Source: an uncultured Novosphingobium sp.
Lineage (GTDB): Bacteria > Pseudomonadota > Alphaproteobacteria > Sphingomonadales > Sphingomonadaceae
Direction: 5' to 3'
Length of the DNA stretch: 64,000 nucleotides
NCBI GenBank assembly: GCA_964245935.1
Contig: CAXTOS010000002.1
Coordinates: 7,967 to 71,966, forward strand
Below are positions 53,838 to 64,000 of this stretch, one piece after another (position 1 is the stretch's first letter; each line of letters opens with the position of its first letter). Position numbers and translations under genes: made by a program. Under the pieces are notes generated by a model that was not told where the DNA came from, ran no database searches, and saw only the letters and a list, made by a program, of their open reading frames with translations.

Positions 53838-55189
53838 AGCAGGCGCTGGACATCGCCAACGCTGTGCGAACCGGCCGGATGACCGCGCTGGCGGTGGTCG
53901 AGGATTGTCTGCGGCGGTTGAGCCACGCCGACGATCTGTGCGCGGTCACCCGCATCCTGGTCGACCGGGCGCGGCAGGAAGCGGGGCAGGTCGACGCGGC
54001 GATCAGCATGGGGCTCGATCCCGGGCCGCTTGCCGGGGTGCCCTATGGTGTCAAGGATCTATTCGATGTGACCGGCTATCCCACGACCGCCGGCTCGGCG
54101 ATCTACGCCGATGCGGTGCCCGCCGCCGCGGACGCGGCTGCGATCCGGCGGTTGCGCGATGCCGGCGCGGTGCTGGTCGCCACGCTGAACATGGATGAAT
54201 TCGCTTATGGCTTCGCCACGATCAATGCCCGCCACGGCACGACCTGCAACCCGCATGACCGCGCGCGGCTGGCCGGCGGCTCCTCGGGCGGTTCGGCGGC
54301 TGTGGTGGCGGCGGGGTTGCTGCCCTTTGCGCTGGGATCGGACACGAACGGCTCGATCCGGGTGCCGGCCAGCCTGACCGGCGTCTATGGGTTGAAACCC
54401 ACGCACGGCGCGCTGCCGATGGGCGGGATTTTCCCTTTCGCGCACAGCTTCGATGACATCGGCCCGTTCACCGGCTCGCTGGCCGATATGGCGGTGCTGT
54501 GGCAGGTGCTGTCCGGTCAGGCGGGCGAAGACGGGGCGGCGCCTATCCGGCTGGCCCGGCTGGGCGGCCGTTTCCGGGAGAATGCGCAGGCTGAACAACT
54601 GGACGCGATCGATGCGATCGCCCCGCATGCGCCGCTGGTGGAACTGCCCGACATCGCCCGCGCCCGCTCGGCGGCATTCCTGATCACCGCTTATGAGGGC
54701 GGCTCGCTGCACCGCGAGGCGCTGCACCGCGAAGCCATGCGCTTCGATCCGGCAACCCGCGACCGGCTGATCGCGGGCGCGCTGGTGCCACCGGGGCTGT
54801 ATGAAGAGGCGCTCGCTTTCCGTGCCCGGTTGCAGGCGCGGGTGGCCGAGGTTACCGCCGGCTACGACGTGCTGCTGGCCCCGGCCACGCCGTGCCCCGC
54901 GCCGCTGATCGCCGATCCGCGAATCATGATTGACGGGGCGCTCAGCCCGGCGCGCGCGGACCTGGGCATCCACACCCAGCCGATCAGTTTCCTGGGCCTG
55001 CCGTCGCTGGCGGTGCCGCTGCTGCGGCCGGGGCAATTGCCGCTGGGCTTGCAACTGATCGGCCGGCCGGGCGGCGAGGCCACGCTGCTGCGCTGCGCGG
55101 CGCAGCTGGAACGGGCCGGTTTCATCGGCATCACCGCGCCGGTTGCCACCGTGAGGGGCGAGGCTATGGCATCGAGCTCGTCATGCTGA
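53834..55189 (+). CDS. AtzE/HpxY-family amidase
   Basis: KDLFD, GGSSGGS, GSDTNGSIRVPA amidase signature. Confidence 0.92.
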   Translation: MKQALDIANAVRTGRMTALAVVEDCLRRLSHADDLCAVTRILVDRARQEAGQVDAAISMGLDPGPLAGVPYGVKDLFDVTGYPTTAGSAIYADAVPAAADAAAIRRLRDAGAVLVATLNMDEFAYGFATINARHGTTCNPHDRARLAGGSSGGSAAVVAAGLLPFALGSDTNGSIRVPASLTGVYGLKPTHGALPMGGIFPFAHSFDDIGPFTGSLADMAVLWQVLSGQAGEDGAAPIRLARLGGRFRENAQAEQLDAIDAIAPHAPLVELPDIARARSAAFLITAYEGGSLHREALHREAMRFDPATRDRLIAGALVPPGLYEEALAFRARLQARVAEVTAGYDVLLAPATPCPAPLIADPRIMIDGALSPARADLGIHTQPISFLGLPSLAVPLLRPGQLPLGLQLIGRPGGEATLLRCAAQLERAGFIGITAPVATVRGEAMASSSSC

Positions 55190-55515
55190 CGAAAGTCAGC
55201 ATCCATTCGGCGCAAGTGCCGGGTGTGCACGCCTTGCCAACCCGCGTTGCCGCTAACCCCGGTTTAGAGCATCGTGCCGTTAATCTGCATTGCCAACCAC
55301 ACCCGCCTGTCCTGAGCTTGTCGAAGGGTTGCACTTCTTGCTTGGTGTTGGGCGACGTCCACGAAGAAAAGGACAGCCCTTCGACAGGCTCAGGACGGGC
55401 GGAGTTTGATGCAGATTTAGCGCTCGACGCTCTAGTAAGGCCGTTTGATTGCCGCACCAAATGGCTGTCCAATCGACGCTGCGCCCAATGGGTCCTGACG
55501 TTCGTCAGGATGACG
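55179..55515. repeat. Three nested inverted-repeat pairs (REP/MITE-like)
   Basis: Outer 55179-55214/55480-55515; middle 55265-55290/55409-55434; inner 55303-55328/55377-55402. Confidence 0.82.
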
Positions 55516-55553
55516 AAGCTTTTTGGCGACTGCGCTGCCCTGGGGGAAGAGAA

Positions 55554-56906
55554 ATGAACCGGACGGTCCCCCACCCGACGAAAGTCGCGGCGATCAACCG
55601 CTATTTCCGGCTGACCGAACGCGGCACCACCATCCGCACCGAAGTGCTGGCGGGATGCACGACTTTTCTGACCATGGCCTATATCGTGCTGGTGAACCCC
55701 GCGATCCTGGGTCAGGCGGGCATGCCGGTGGCCTCGGTGGCGGCGGCCACCTGCTTTGCCGCCGCCTTTGGTTCGATCCTGATGGGGCTGGTCGCCAACA
55801 CGCCGCTGGCGCTGGCGCCGGGCATGGGGCTCAATGCCTATTTCAGCTTTACCGTGGTCCAGCAGATGCATGTGCCGTGGCCGATCGCGCTCGGCTGCGT
55901 GATGCTGTCGGGGGTCGCCTTTCTGGTGCTGACCCTGACCGGCATCCGCCAGATGATCGTGGCGGTCATCCCGCCCTATCTGTTCGCGGCGGTGGCCGGC
56001 GGGATCGGGCTGTTCATCGGCTTCATCGGGCTGAAGGATGCCGGGATCGTCGTCGCCAATCCCGCGACCTTCGTCGCGCTGGGCAGCCTGCATGCGCCGG
56101 GCGCGGAACTGGCGTTGTTCGGCCTGTTGCTGATCGCCGCGCTCAGCGTCTGGAACGTGCGCGCGGCTATGCTGATCGGGATTGTCGTCACCACGGCCGT
56201 GGGCTGGCTGTGCGGGCAGGTGTCGATGAAGCCCGAGCCTTACAGCCTGTCGGCATTGACCGGCACCGCGTTCAAGCTCGACCTGGGCGGCGTCTTCGGG
56301 CTGTCCGGCAGACAGGGGCTGGGCCTGGTCGAAATCCTGTTCGTGTTCCTGTTCGTCGATCTGTTCGACAATATCGGCACGCTGGTCGCGGTGACCCGGC
56401 GCGCCGGCCTGATCGACAAGGCGGGCCGCATTCCCGGTCTGAACCGCATCCTGCTGACCGACGCCATCGCCACCATCGTCGGCTCGCTGGCCGGGACCAG
56501 CACCGTGACCAGCTATGTCGAAAGTGCCGCCGGGGTGCAGGCAGGCGGGCGCACCGGGTTGACCGCGCTGGTGACCGGCGTGCTGTTCTTCATCACCATG
56601 TTCGTCGCGCCCTGGGCGCAGCTGGTACCGCTGGCCGCTACCGCTCCGGCGCTGATCGTGGTCGGCGGGCTGATGCTGCTGCCGCTGGGCGAGATCGTGT
56701 GGGAAGATCCGATGTCCGGCGTCCCGGCGTTCCTGACGGTGGCGATGATCCCGCTGACCTTTTCGATCGCCAACGGGCTGGCCTTCGGCATCACCGCTCA
56801 CGCCGCGTTGAAACTTCTGCGCGGCAGGGCGACGCGGGCCGACTGGTTCCTGTTCCTGCTGGCCGCGCTGTTCGTGCTGCGCTTTGCCTGGATGAGCGCG
56901 GCATGA
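55554..56906 (+). CDS. NCS2/AzgA-family purine permease
   Basis: TTFLTMAYI..NPAIL, APGMGLNAYF, YVESAAGV..GGRTGL. Confidence 0.94.
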   Translation: MNRTVPHPTKVAAINRYFRLTERGTTIRTEVLAGCTTFLTMAYIVLVNPAILGQAGMPVASVAAATCFAAAFGSILMGLVANTPLALAPGMGLNAYFSFTVVQQMHVPWPIALGCVMLSGVAFLVLTLTGIRQMIVAVIPPYLFAAVAGGIGLFIGFIGLKDAGIVVANPATFVALGSLHAPGAELALFGLLLIAALSVWNVRAAMLIGIVVTTAVGWLCGQVSMKPEPYSLSALTGTAFKLDLGGVFGLSGRQGLGLVEILFVFLFVDLFDNIGTLVAVTRRAGLIDKAGRIPGLNRILLTDAIATIVGSLAGTSTVTSYVESAAGVQAGGRTGLTALVTGVLFFITMFVAPWAQLVPLAATAPALIVVGGLMLLPLGEIVWEDPMSGVPAFLTVAMIPLTFSIANGLAFGITAHAALKLLRGRATRADWFLFLLAALFVLRFAWMSAA

Positions 56907-58516
56907 AGATCAGCTTGCCAACCCTCACCACCGTGACCGGCCGCCGCGGCATGGTCACCGCCCCGCATTATCTGGCTGCCCAGGCCGGGCTCGATGTGCT
57001 GCGCGACGGCGGGAACGCCGCCGAGGCCAGCGTCGCGGTCGCGGCTGCGCTGGCCGTGGTGTATCCGCATATGACCGGCATCGGCGGCGACGGCTTCTGG
57101 CTGATCGCCGAGCCGCCCCATGGTTCGAGCGGGGGCCGGGTGCACGCCGTGCATGGCGTCGGCGGGGCGGCGGCAAAGGCCGATCTGGCGTATTATGCCG
57201 CCTTTGACGCAGTGCCCACCCGGGGCCCCCTGGCGGCCAATACCGTGGCCGGCACGGTGTCGGCCTGGCGTTCGGTGCTGAAAACCGCGGGCGGCACGCT
57301 GCCGCTGAGCCGATTGCTGCGCGATGCCATCCACCATGCCGAAACGAGCGTGGCGATCACCGCTGGCGGCGCGGCGATCGCCGAGGCCAAAAGCCTGGAA
57401 CTGCGCGGCCATCCGGGGTCTTATGCGGCGATTTTCGAACCCGACGATCGTCCGTTGATCCAGGGCGAAAGGCTGAGCCAGCCCGCGCTGGCCCAAACCC
57501 TGCGCATGCTGGCGAAAAATGGGCTGGAAGATTTCTATGCGGGCGAGGTGTCGCAATTGATCGCCGAGGATCTGGCCGCGCTGGGCAGTCCGCTCAGCCA
57601 TCTCGACCTGACCGCGCATGGCGCCACCCGGCCGGCGCCGCTGCATACCGCCATTGCCGGCGCGCGGCTATACAACAGCGCCCCGCCGACCCAGGGCGCG
57701 GCCTCGCTGCTGATCCTGGCTTTGTTCGACCGGCTTTCGGCCGGGAAGGTCGATGAATTCGACCATGTGCATGGCCTGGTGGAGGCTACCAAGCAGGCGT
57801 TCCTGCTGCGCGACCGGCATGTCGGCGATCCGGCCTGCCACGACTTCGACTGGCAGGGGCTGCTCGATGATCCGGCGGCGCTGGCGCAGATGGCCGGCCG
57901 CATCGATCCGACCCGGGCGCTGCCATGGCCACAACCCTCCCAATGGGGCGATACCTGCTGGTTCGGCGTCGCCGATGGCGAGGGCCGGGTGGTCAGCGCG
58001 ATCCAGTCCACCTATTTCGAATTCGGCTCCGGCCTGGTGCTGCCGCAGACCGGGATCGTGTGGCAGAACCGTGGCAGCAGCTTTCGACTGGCGGCAGGCG
58101 GCTGGAACGCGTTGCGCCCGGGGCGCAAGCCATTCCACACGCTCAACCCCGCGCTGGCCCGCTTCGACGACGGCCGGATCATGGCCTATGGCACGATGGG
58201 CGGCGAAGGGCAGCCGCAGACGCAGGCGGCGCTGTTCACCCGCTATGCCCGCTATGGCGTGGACTTGCAGGCGGCGATCAACCGGCCGCGCTGGCTGCTG
58301 GGGCGCACCTGGGGCGAACAAAGCACCACGCTGAAGCTGGAAGACGGTTTCGACGAAGCGCTTTATGCCGCGCTGTCGGTGGCCGGCCACGATGTCGAGC
58401 GCGTCGGGGCGCTGACCGCGACCATGGGCCATGCGGGGGCCATCGTGCGCCACGGCGACGGCCGGCTGGAAGGCGCCACCGATCCGCGCAGCGATGGCCT
58501 GGCGGCGGCATGGTAG
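56903..58516 (+). CDS. hpxW: Gamma-glutamyltransferase family, likely oxamate amidohydrolase
   Basis: GIGGDGF, GDTCW (nucleophilic Thr), PFHTLNP, GTMGGEGQPQ; purine cluster context. Confidence 0.82.
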   Translation: MKISLPTLTTVTGRRGMVTAPHYLAAQAGLDVLRDGGNAAEASVAVAAALAVVYPHMTGIGGDGFWLIAEPPHGSSGGRVHAVHGVGGAAAKADLAYYAAFDAVPTRGPLAANTVAGTVSAWRSVLKTAGGTLPLSRLLRDAIHHAETSVAITAGGAAIAEAKSLELRGHPGSYAAIFEPDDRPLIQGERLSQPALAQTLRMLAKNGLEDFYAGEVSQLIAEDLAALGSPLSHLDLTAHGATRPAPLHTAIAGARLYNSAPPTQGAASLLILALFDRLSAGKVDEFDHVHGLVEATKQAFLLRDRHVGDPACHDFDWQGLLDDPAALAQMAGRIDPTRALPWPQPSQWGDTCWFGVADGEGRVVSAIQSTYFEFGSGLVLPQTGIVWQNRGSSFRLAAGGWNALRPGRKPFHTLNPALARFDDGRIMAYGTMGGEGQPQTQAALFTRYARYGVDLQAAINRPRWLLGRTWGEQSTTLKLEDGFDEALYAALSVAGHDVERVGALTATMGHAGAIVRHGDGRLEGATDPRSDGLAAAW

Positions 58517-59745
58517 CGGGCGGCGCGCGCGCGGCGGCGAGGTGCGACGCGCTGGGGGTTGCGCCTTTTTCCGACATGGCCGACGGGCTGTTTCGGGCGT
58601 GGCTGACCCCTGCGTTTCATGCCGCGCAAGACCGGTTGGCGCAATGGATGCAGGACGCCGGGATGGGCGTGCGCCGCGACGGGGCAACCAATCTGATCGG
58701 GCGCTACGAGGGCGCCGCGCCAGATGCCCCGGCCCTGCTGATCGGCAGTCATCTCGACAGCGTGCGCGATGCCGGGCGCTATGACGGGCCGCTGGGGATC
58801 ATGCTGGGGGTTGAGGTGGTGGCCGCGTTGCACGACGCGGGGCGGCGGCTGCCCTTTGCCATCGAGGTGATCGCGTTTGGCGACGAGGAAGGCTCGCGCT
58901 TTCCCACTGCCATGCTGACCAGCCGGGCGGTGGCCGGCACGCTGGAGGCCGGCGCACTGGCGATTGCCGATGCCGCCGGAATCACCCTCGCGGAAGCCGG
59001 AATCGACCCCGCCGTCTTCCTGACTGCCGCGCGTACGAATGGCGCCGTACTGGCCTATCTGGAGACGCATATCGAACAGGGCCCCGTGCTGGAAGCGGCC
59101 GGGCTGGCGGTCGGGGTGGTCACCGGCATCGCCGCGCAGCACCGCTATCTCGTACAGCTGACCGGCACCGCCGGCCATGCCGGCACCAGCGCGATGACGC
59201 TGCGCCGCGACGCGCTGGCGGGGGCCGCCGAAATGACGCTGGCGGTCGAGCGCCTGGCGCGCGACGACGCGTCGGATCTGGTCGCCACGGTCGGGCAGTT
59301 GGTGGCGCATCCCGGCGCGGCCAATGTCATCGCCGGCGACGTGCGCTTCACCATCGATCTGCGCTGCGGCGATGCCACGCGCCATGCGCAGGCCGCCGCG
59401 ACCCTGCTCGATCGGCTGACCGCCATCGCCGCCGCGCGGGGGCTGGGGTTTGGCGCGACACGCATATTCGAGCTGCCCGCCAGCCCCTGTGATCCGGCGC
59501 TGATGGCGCTGCTCGATACCGCCATGGCCCGGGCCGGCCAGCTGCCGACGCGGCTGGTGTCGGGCGCCGGGCACGATGCCATCAGCATGGCCGCGCTGTG
59601 CCCGACCGCGATGCTGTTCATCCGTTGCCGGGGCGGCGTCAGCCACAATCCCGCCGAACATGTCGAGCCGACCGATGCCGAAGTGGCGTTGCAGGTCATG
59701 CTCGGCTTTGTCGACTTGCTGGGAGCATCGCTTGAGCACGCTTGA
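58510..59745 (+). CDS. Allantoate amidohydrolase (M20 family)
   Basis: GSHLDSV, YDGPLG, DEEG, HIEQGP, SGAGHD. Confidence 0.92.
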   Translation: MVAGGARAAARCDALGVAPFSDMADGLFRAWLTPAFHAAQDRLAQWMQDAGMGVRRDGATNLIGRYEGAAPDAPALLIGSHLDSVRDAGRYDGPLGIMLGVEVVAALHDAGRRLPFAIEVIAFGDEEGSRFPTAMLTSRAVAGTLEAGALAIADAAGITLAEAGIDPAVFLTAARTNGAVLAYLETHIEQGPVLEAAGLAVGVVTGIAAQHRYLVQLTGTAGHAGTSAMTLRRDALAGAAEMTLAVERLARDDASDLVATVGQLVAHPGAANVIAGDVRFTIDLRCGDATRHAQAAATLLDRLTAIAAARGLGFGATRIFELPASPCDPALMALLDTAMARAGQLPTRLVSGAGHDAISMAALCPTAMLFIRCRGGVSHNPAEHVEPTDAEVALQVMLGFVDLLGASLEHA

Positions 59746-60970
59746 CCCGCTGTTGTTTGGGGAAATCGACCCGCCGCAGCGCCTGCTGATGGGGCCCGGC
59801 CCGGTAAACGCCCATCCGCGCGTGTTGCGCGCCATGTCGGCCGATCTGCTCGGCCAGTTCGATCCGGAAATGACCGGCTACATGAACCAGGTCATGGCGC
59901 TATACCGCCCGGTGTTCGGCACCGCCAACCGCTGGACGATGCTGATCGACGGCACCGCCCGCGCCGCGATCGAGGCCGCGCTGGTCAGCCTGGTCGCGCC
60001 GGGCGAGCTGGTGCTGGTCGTCAATTTCGGCCGCTTCGGGCTGCTGTTGACCGAAATCTGCACCCGCATCGGTGCGCGGGTTGAAACCGTGGACGCGCCG
60101 TGGGGCGAAGTGGTGCCGCTGGACGCCATCGGCGCAGCCATCGCCCGCGGCTCGCCCCGGCTGGTCGCCACCGTGCATGGCGACACCTCGACCACCATGG
60201 CGCAGCCGCTGGCGGGACTGGGCGCGCTGGCTCATGCGGCGGGCGCACTGCTGTATGTCGATGCCACCGCGACGCTGGGCGGGATGGAAATCGCCACTGA
60301 CCGCTGGGAGGCGGACGTCGTCACCGGTGGGTTGCAAAAATGCCTGGGGGGCCCGTCAGGGTCGTCGCCGATCACCATTTCGGACCGGGCCGCCGCGCAT
60401 ATCTTTACGCGCCGCCATGACGAACTGGGCATTCGCAACGCAGCCAGCACCGACGGCGCCGGCCCGCGCATCGCTTCCAACTACTTCGACCTGGCGATGA
60501 TCATGGACTACTGGTCGGAACTGCGGCTGAACCACCACACCGAAGCCACCTCGATGCTCTATGCGGCGCGCGAATGCGCACGGGTGGCGCTGGGCGAGGG
60601 GCTGCCCGTCAGATTTGCCCGCCACGCCGCCGCCGGTCGCGCGATGGCCGCAGGGCTGCGCGCGATGGGCCTGGCTATCTTTGGCGACGATGCCCATCGC
60701 ATGACCAACGTCACCGGCGCCCACATCCCCGAAACCGTCGATGGCGAAGCGGTGCGCGCGATGATGCGCGACCATTTCGAGATCGAGATCGGCACCGCTT
60801 TCGGCCCGCTGAAAGGCCGCATCTGGCGGTTCGGGGCGATGGGCTACAACGCCATGAAGCATAAGGTGCTGATCACCCTGGGCGCGCTGGAGGCATGCCT
60901 GCTGGCGCAAGGCTATCCGCTGCCGGCGGGCGCAGCGGTCGCGGCAGCACTGGCGGCGTGGGAGGGATGA
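59732..60970 (+). CDS. pucG: Ureidoglycine-glyoxylate aminotransferase (PucG/HpxJ-like)
   Basis: LLMGPGP, HGDTST, GLQKCL (PLP Lys), NHHTE. Confidence 0.88.
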   Translation: MSTLDPLLFGEIDPPQRLLMGPGPVNAHPRVLRAMSADLLGQFDPEMTGYMNQVMALYRPVFGTANRWTMLIDGTARAAIEAALVSLVAPGELVLVVNFGRFGLLLTEICTRIGARVETVDAPWGEVVPLDAIGAAIARGSPRLVATVHGDTSTTMAQPLAGLGALAHAAGALLYVDATATLGGMEIATDRWEADVVTGGLQKCLGGPSGSSPITISDRAAAHIFTRRHDELGIRNAASTDGAGPRIASNYFDLAMIMDYWSELRLNHHTEATSMLYAARECARVALGEGLPVRFARHAAAGRAMAAGLRAMGLAIFGDDAHRMTNVTGAHIPETVDGEAVRAMMRDHFEIEIGTAFGPLKGRIWRFGAMGYNAMKHKVLITLGALEACLLAQGYPLPAGAAVAAALAAWEG

Positions 60971-61857
60971 GCCCGGCTCGCGACCTGGTCGGCTATGGCG
61001 CCCATCCCCCCGACCCGCGCTGGCCGGCGGCTGCGCGGATCGCGGTGCAATTCGTCATCAATTACGAGGAGGGCGCGGAAAACAGCGTGCTTAACGGCGA
61101 TGCGGGGTCCGAAGCCTTCCTGTCCGAAATGGTCGGCGCAGGCAGCCATCCCGACCGGGCGCCGGCGATGGAAAGCCTGTATGAATACGGCAGCCGCGCC
61201 GGCTTCTGGCGGCTGCACCGCTTGTTCAGCGAACGCGGCCTGCCGGTCACCGTATTCGGCGTGGCGCTGGCGCTGGCGCAGAACCCGCAAGCAGTCGCGG
61301 CAATGCAGGCCGCGACATGGGAAATCGCCAGCCACGGCTATCGCTGGATCGACTATCAAACTGTACCCAAGGCGGTGGAGGCCCGGCACATCGCCCGTGC
61401 CATCGAACTGCATACCCGGGTCACCGGCCAGCGCCCGCTCGGCTGGTACCAGGGTCGCACCTCGCCCAACACCGCCCGGCTGATCGCGCGAGAAGGCGGG
61501 TTTATCTATGATGCCGACAGCTATGCCGATGATCTGCCCTATTGGGACCGCACCCATGGCGACCGCGCCCAGCTGATCGTGCCGTACACGCTGGACGCCA
61601 ACGACATGAAATTCGTCGCGCTCAACGGCTTCACCGAAGGTGGGGGATTCTTCAATTATCTGCGCGACACCTTCGATCAATTGCGTGAGGAAGGGGGTCG
61701 GATGATGTCGGTCGGCCTGCATGGCCGCATCGCCGGGCGACCGGCGCGGGCCAGAGCATTGGCCCGTTTTCTCGATCACGTGATGGCGTGCGACGATGTG
61801 TGGATCGCGCGCCGCATCGATATCGCCCGCCATTGGCAAGCGGTGCATCCCGCATGA
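60967..61857 (+). CDS. puuE: Allantoinase PuuE
   Basis: QFVINYEEG, ESLYEYGSRAG, SHGYRW, SVGLH. Confidence 0.94.
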   Translation: MSPARDLVGYGAHPPDPRWPAAARIAVQFVINYEEGAENSVLNGDAGSEAFLSEMVGAGSHPDRAPAMESLYEYGSRAGFWRLHRLFSERGLPVTVFGVALALAQNPQAVAAMQAATWEIASHGYRWIDYQTVPKAVEARHIARAIELHTRVTGQRPLGWYQGRTSPNTARLIAREGGFIYDADSYADDLPYWDRTHGDRAQLIVPYTLDANDMKFVALNGFTEGGGFFNYLRDTFDQLREEGGRMMSVGLHGRIAGRPARARALARFLDHVMACDDVWIARRIDIARHWQAVHPA

Positions 61858-62270
61858 AGCTGAACGATCCCGCCCTGCTGGCCGAAGTGACCGAGGCATT
61901 TTACGCGTATGAGCGCGCGTTGATGACCGACGATATCGCCGCGATGGACGCGCTGTTTCACGATGCCCACACAACCGTTCGCTTCGGCGCAGGCGAAGTG
62001 CTGTTCGGCAGCGCTGCCATTCGAGAGTTCCGCAAGGGCCGGGGCGGCTCGCCGCAGCGGCGGCTGGGGCGCGTGGCAATCACCGTCTATGGCGATGCCT
62101 GCGCCACCGCCGACGCCGAATTCTTCCGCGACAACAGCCCTCGACGGGGCCGCCAAAGCCAGACCTGGGTGAAATTCGGCGCTGGTGACATTGGGGGCGA
62201 CATTGGGGGCGGCTTTGGCGGCTGGAAAGTCGTCTCGGCCCATGTCAGCCTGGAAGGGCACAGCCATTGA
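61854..62270 (+). CDS. hpxZ: HpxZ/AtzH-like (DUF3225) protein
   Basis: FYAYERALM, GRQSQTWV, WKVVSAHVS. Confidence 0.88.
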   Translation: MKLNDPALLAEVTEAFYAYERALMTDDIAAMDALFHDAHTTVRFGAGEVLFGSAAIREFRKGRGGSPQRRLGRVAITVYGDACATADAEFFRDNSPRRGRQSQTWVKFGAGDIGGDIGGGFGGWKVVSAHVSLEGHSH

Positions 62271-62767
62271 CCCTGGCCCAGGCCAATGCGCTCACCGATG
62301 CAGCCTTCGTCGCCCGCTATGGCGCGCTGTTCGAGCATTCGCCCTGGGTGGTCGAACGCGCCGCCCCGCAACGCCCGTTTATCGATCTCCATGCCGGGTT
62401 GATGGCGGTGGTCCATGCCGCCAGCGTGAATGAGCAGCTGGCGCTGATCCGCGCGCATCCGGAACTGGCCGGCAGGGCGGCAATCGATCGCAGCCTGACC
62501 AATGCATCCTTGGTCGAACAGGCTTCGGCCGGGCTGGACCGGCTGACTGTGGAGGAATTCGCGCGATTCCAAGCGCTGAACGCGGCATATGCGGCGCGGT
62601 TCGACTTTCCCTTCATTATCTGCGTGCGGCTGACCGACAAACCCGGAATTCTTGCGGCGATGGAGCGTCGGCTGGGCAACGCCCGCGACGCCGAAATCGC
62701 TGCCGCCATCGCCGAGATCGGGGAAATTGTGCGGCTGCGGCTGGCCGATGCGGAAGGGGGCCAATGA
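62267..62767 (+). CDS. uraD: OHCU decarboxylase
   Basis: FEHSPWV, RAHPELAG, EQASAGL, FPFIICV. Confidence 0.94.
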   Translation: MTLAQANALTDAAFVARYGALFEHSPWVVERAAPQRPFIDLHAGLMAVVHAASVNEQLALIRAHPELAGRAAIDRSLTNASLVEQASAGLDRLTVEEFARFQALNAAYAARFDFPFIICVRLTDKPGILAAMERRLGNARDAEIAAAIAEIGEIVRLRLADAEGGQ

Positions 62768-63981
62768 TGTTCGACTGGGCCGAATGGCTGAACCTGGGCA
62801 TCCGCTGGCTGCACCTGACCGCCGGCATCGCCTGGATCGGCTCGTCGTTCTATTTCGTCTGGCTCGACAACCATCTTGTGCCCCCGGCCAGCGGCGCTGT
62901 TTCGGGAGAAGGGGGGGCATCGGGCGAGCTATGGGCGGTCCATGGCGGCGGGTTCTACCATAACCAGAAATATGCGGTGGCGCCGGCACACCTCCCCGAT
63001 GACCTGCACTGGTTCAAGTGGGAGGCCTACTGGACCTGGATCAGCGGGTTTTCGCTGCTGGTGCTGGTCTATTACGTCGGCGCCTCCAGCTTTCTGATCG
63101 ACCCGGCCAAGCCCATGCTCAACGTGCCCGAAGCGATTGCGGTCGGGCTGGGCGCGCTGGTCGGCGGCTGGCTGGTCTATGACGGGCTGTGCCGTTCGGT
63201 GCTGGCGCGCAACGAATTGCTGCTGGGCGTGGTGTGGTTCGCCTGCCTGGTCGGCGCGGCGGCGGGGCTGGACCAGTTGTTCGCGTCGCGCGCCGCCTAT
63301 CTGCATGTCGGCGCGATGATCGGCACGGTGATGGTCGGCAATGTATTCCTCGTCATCATCCCCGCCCAGCGCAAGGTGGTCGCTGCGCTGCTGGCCGGTC
63401 GCCAGCCCGATCCGGCGCTGGGCAAGGCCGCCAAACAGCGGTCGCTGCATAACAATTACATGACGCTGCCGGTGCTGTTCATCATGCTGAGCCACCATTA
63501 TCCGATGACTTACGGCGCGCAGCGGCCGTGGCTGGTGCTGGCGCTGCTCGGCGCGACCGGGGTGGCGGTGCGGCATGTGTTCAACCTGCGCCACCGTGCA
63601 CGCGATACGCAAGGGGCGATGGCGGTGGCGGTGCTGCTGGCACTGGCCAGCGTCAGCTATGTGACGTTTGAAAAGGGCCTGCCCGCGTCACCAGCCGATC
63701 GCGGCAGCACCCCCGGCGCCGTGGTCGGCTGGGCCGAAGTGCAGCCGCTGTTCGCGCGGCATTGCCTTGCCTGCCACAGCCCCCACCCCGCCAATCCCGC
63801 CTTTGCCGCAGCGCCGCTCGGCGTCATGCTCGACAGTTACGCGCACGCCCGCAGCTTCGCGCCGCGCATCCGCCAGGTAGCGGTCGATGCCCAAATCATG
63901 CCGCTGGGCAATACCACCGGCATGCAGCCTGCCGAGCGGGCAAAGCTGGGCGAATGGATCGCGCAGGGAACACCACGATGA
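62764..63981 (+). CDS. puuD: Urate hydroxylase PuuD (membrane protein with cytochrome c domain)
   Basis: RWLHLTAGIAWIG, HGGGFY, WFKWEAY, HNNYMTLP, CLACH heme motif. Confidence 0.93.
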   Translation: MMFDWAEWLNLGIRWLHLTAGIAWIGSSFYFVWLDNHLVPPASGAVSGEGGASGELWAVHGGGFYHNQKYAVAPAHLPDDLHWFKWEAYWTWISGFSLLVLVYYVGASSFLIDPAKPMLNVPEAIAVGLGALVGGWLVYDGLCRSVLARNELLLGVVWFACLVGAAAGLDQLFASRAAYLHVGAMIGTVMVGNVFLVIIPAQRKVVAALLAGRQPDPALGKAAKQRSLHNNYMTLPVLFIMLSHHYPMTYGAQRPWLVLALLGATGVAVRHVFNLRHRARDTQGAMAVAVLLALASVSYVTFEKGLPASPADRGSTPGAVVGWAEVQPLFARHCLACHSPHPANPAFAAAPLGVMLDSYAHARSFAPRIRQVAVDAQIMPLGNTTGMQPAERAKLGEWIAQGTPR

Positions 63982-64000
63982 TCACGCTGTCCACCCATGT
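63978..64000 (+). CDS. uraH: Start of a probable HIU hydrolase (runs off the right edge)
   Basis: MITLSTH matches the LSTHV N-terminal motif; pathway context. Confidence 0.65.

Noticed and set aside
62187-62210. 12-bp tandem duplication GACATTGGGGGC in hpxZ
   Set aside because: In-frame slippage in a loop; no evidence of function.
52653-64000. Purine catabolic cluster as a novel pathway
   Set aside because: puuD, uraH, uraD, puuE, allantoate amidohydrolase, pucG and hpxWXYZ are established; only the transporter fusion is unusual.

Overview
GC-rich alphaproteobacterial chromosome segment, most likely a sphingomonad such as Novosphingobium (inferred from gene content and order). Bases 1-24379 form a decaying genomic island that ends at the 3' end of tRNA-Thr(GGT), next to a serine-recombinase remnant. 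The island carries an uncharacterised subtilase (S8) operon, a complete N-type ATPase operon (atpDCQRBEFAG), signalling kinases, phosphoketolase and acetate kinase, and several pseudogenes. The remainder is mostly core genome: gpmA-purE-purK-folA-ribF-ileS-lspA, ptsP-rodZ-cpoB-tilS, an Entner-Doudoroff operon with a divergent PEP carboxylase, phhA, and a urate/allantoin/oxalurate catabolic cluster. The strongest candidate for a novel system is 40014-42580. There a RAYT-like HUH/Y1 transposase sits beside seven copies of a ~27-bp repeat (GGGGTT-N5-ACGTGTCACCGTAATY) that bracket AT-rich foreign genes and gene fragments like an integron-style cassette array. The second candidate is the S8 protease operon, which has a free-standing copy of its own prodomain and two large unknown proteins. 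All family assignments come from motif recognition by eye; no database searches were run.
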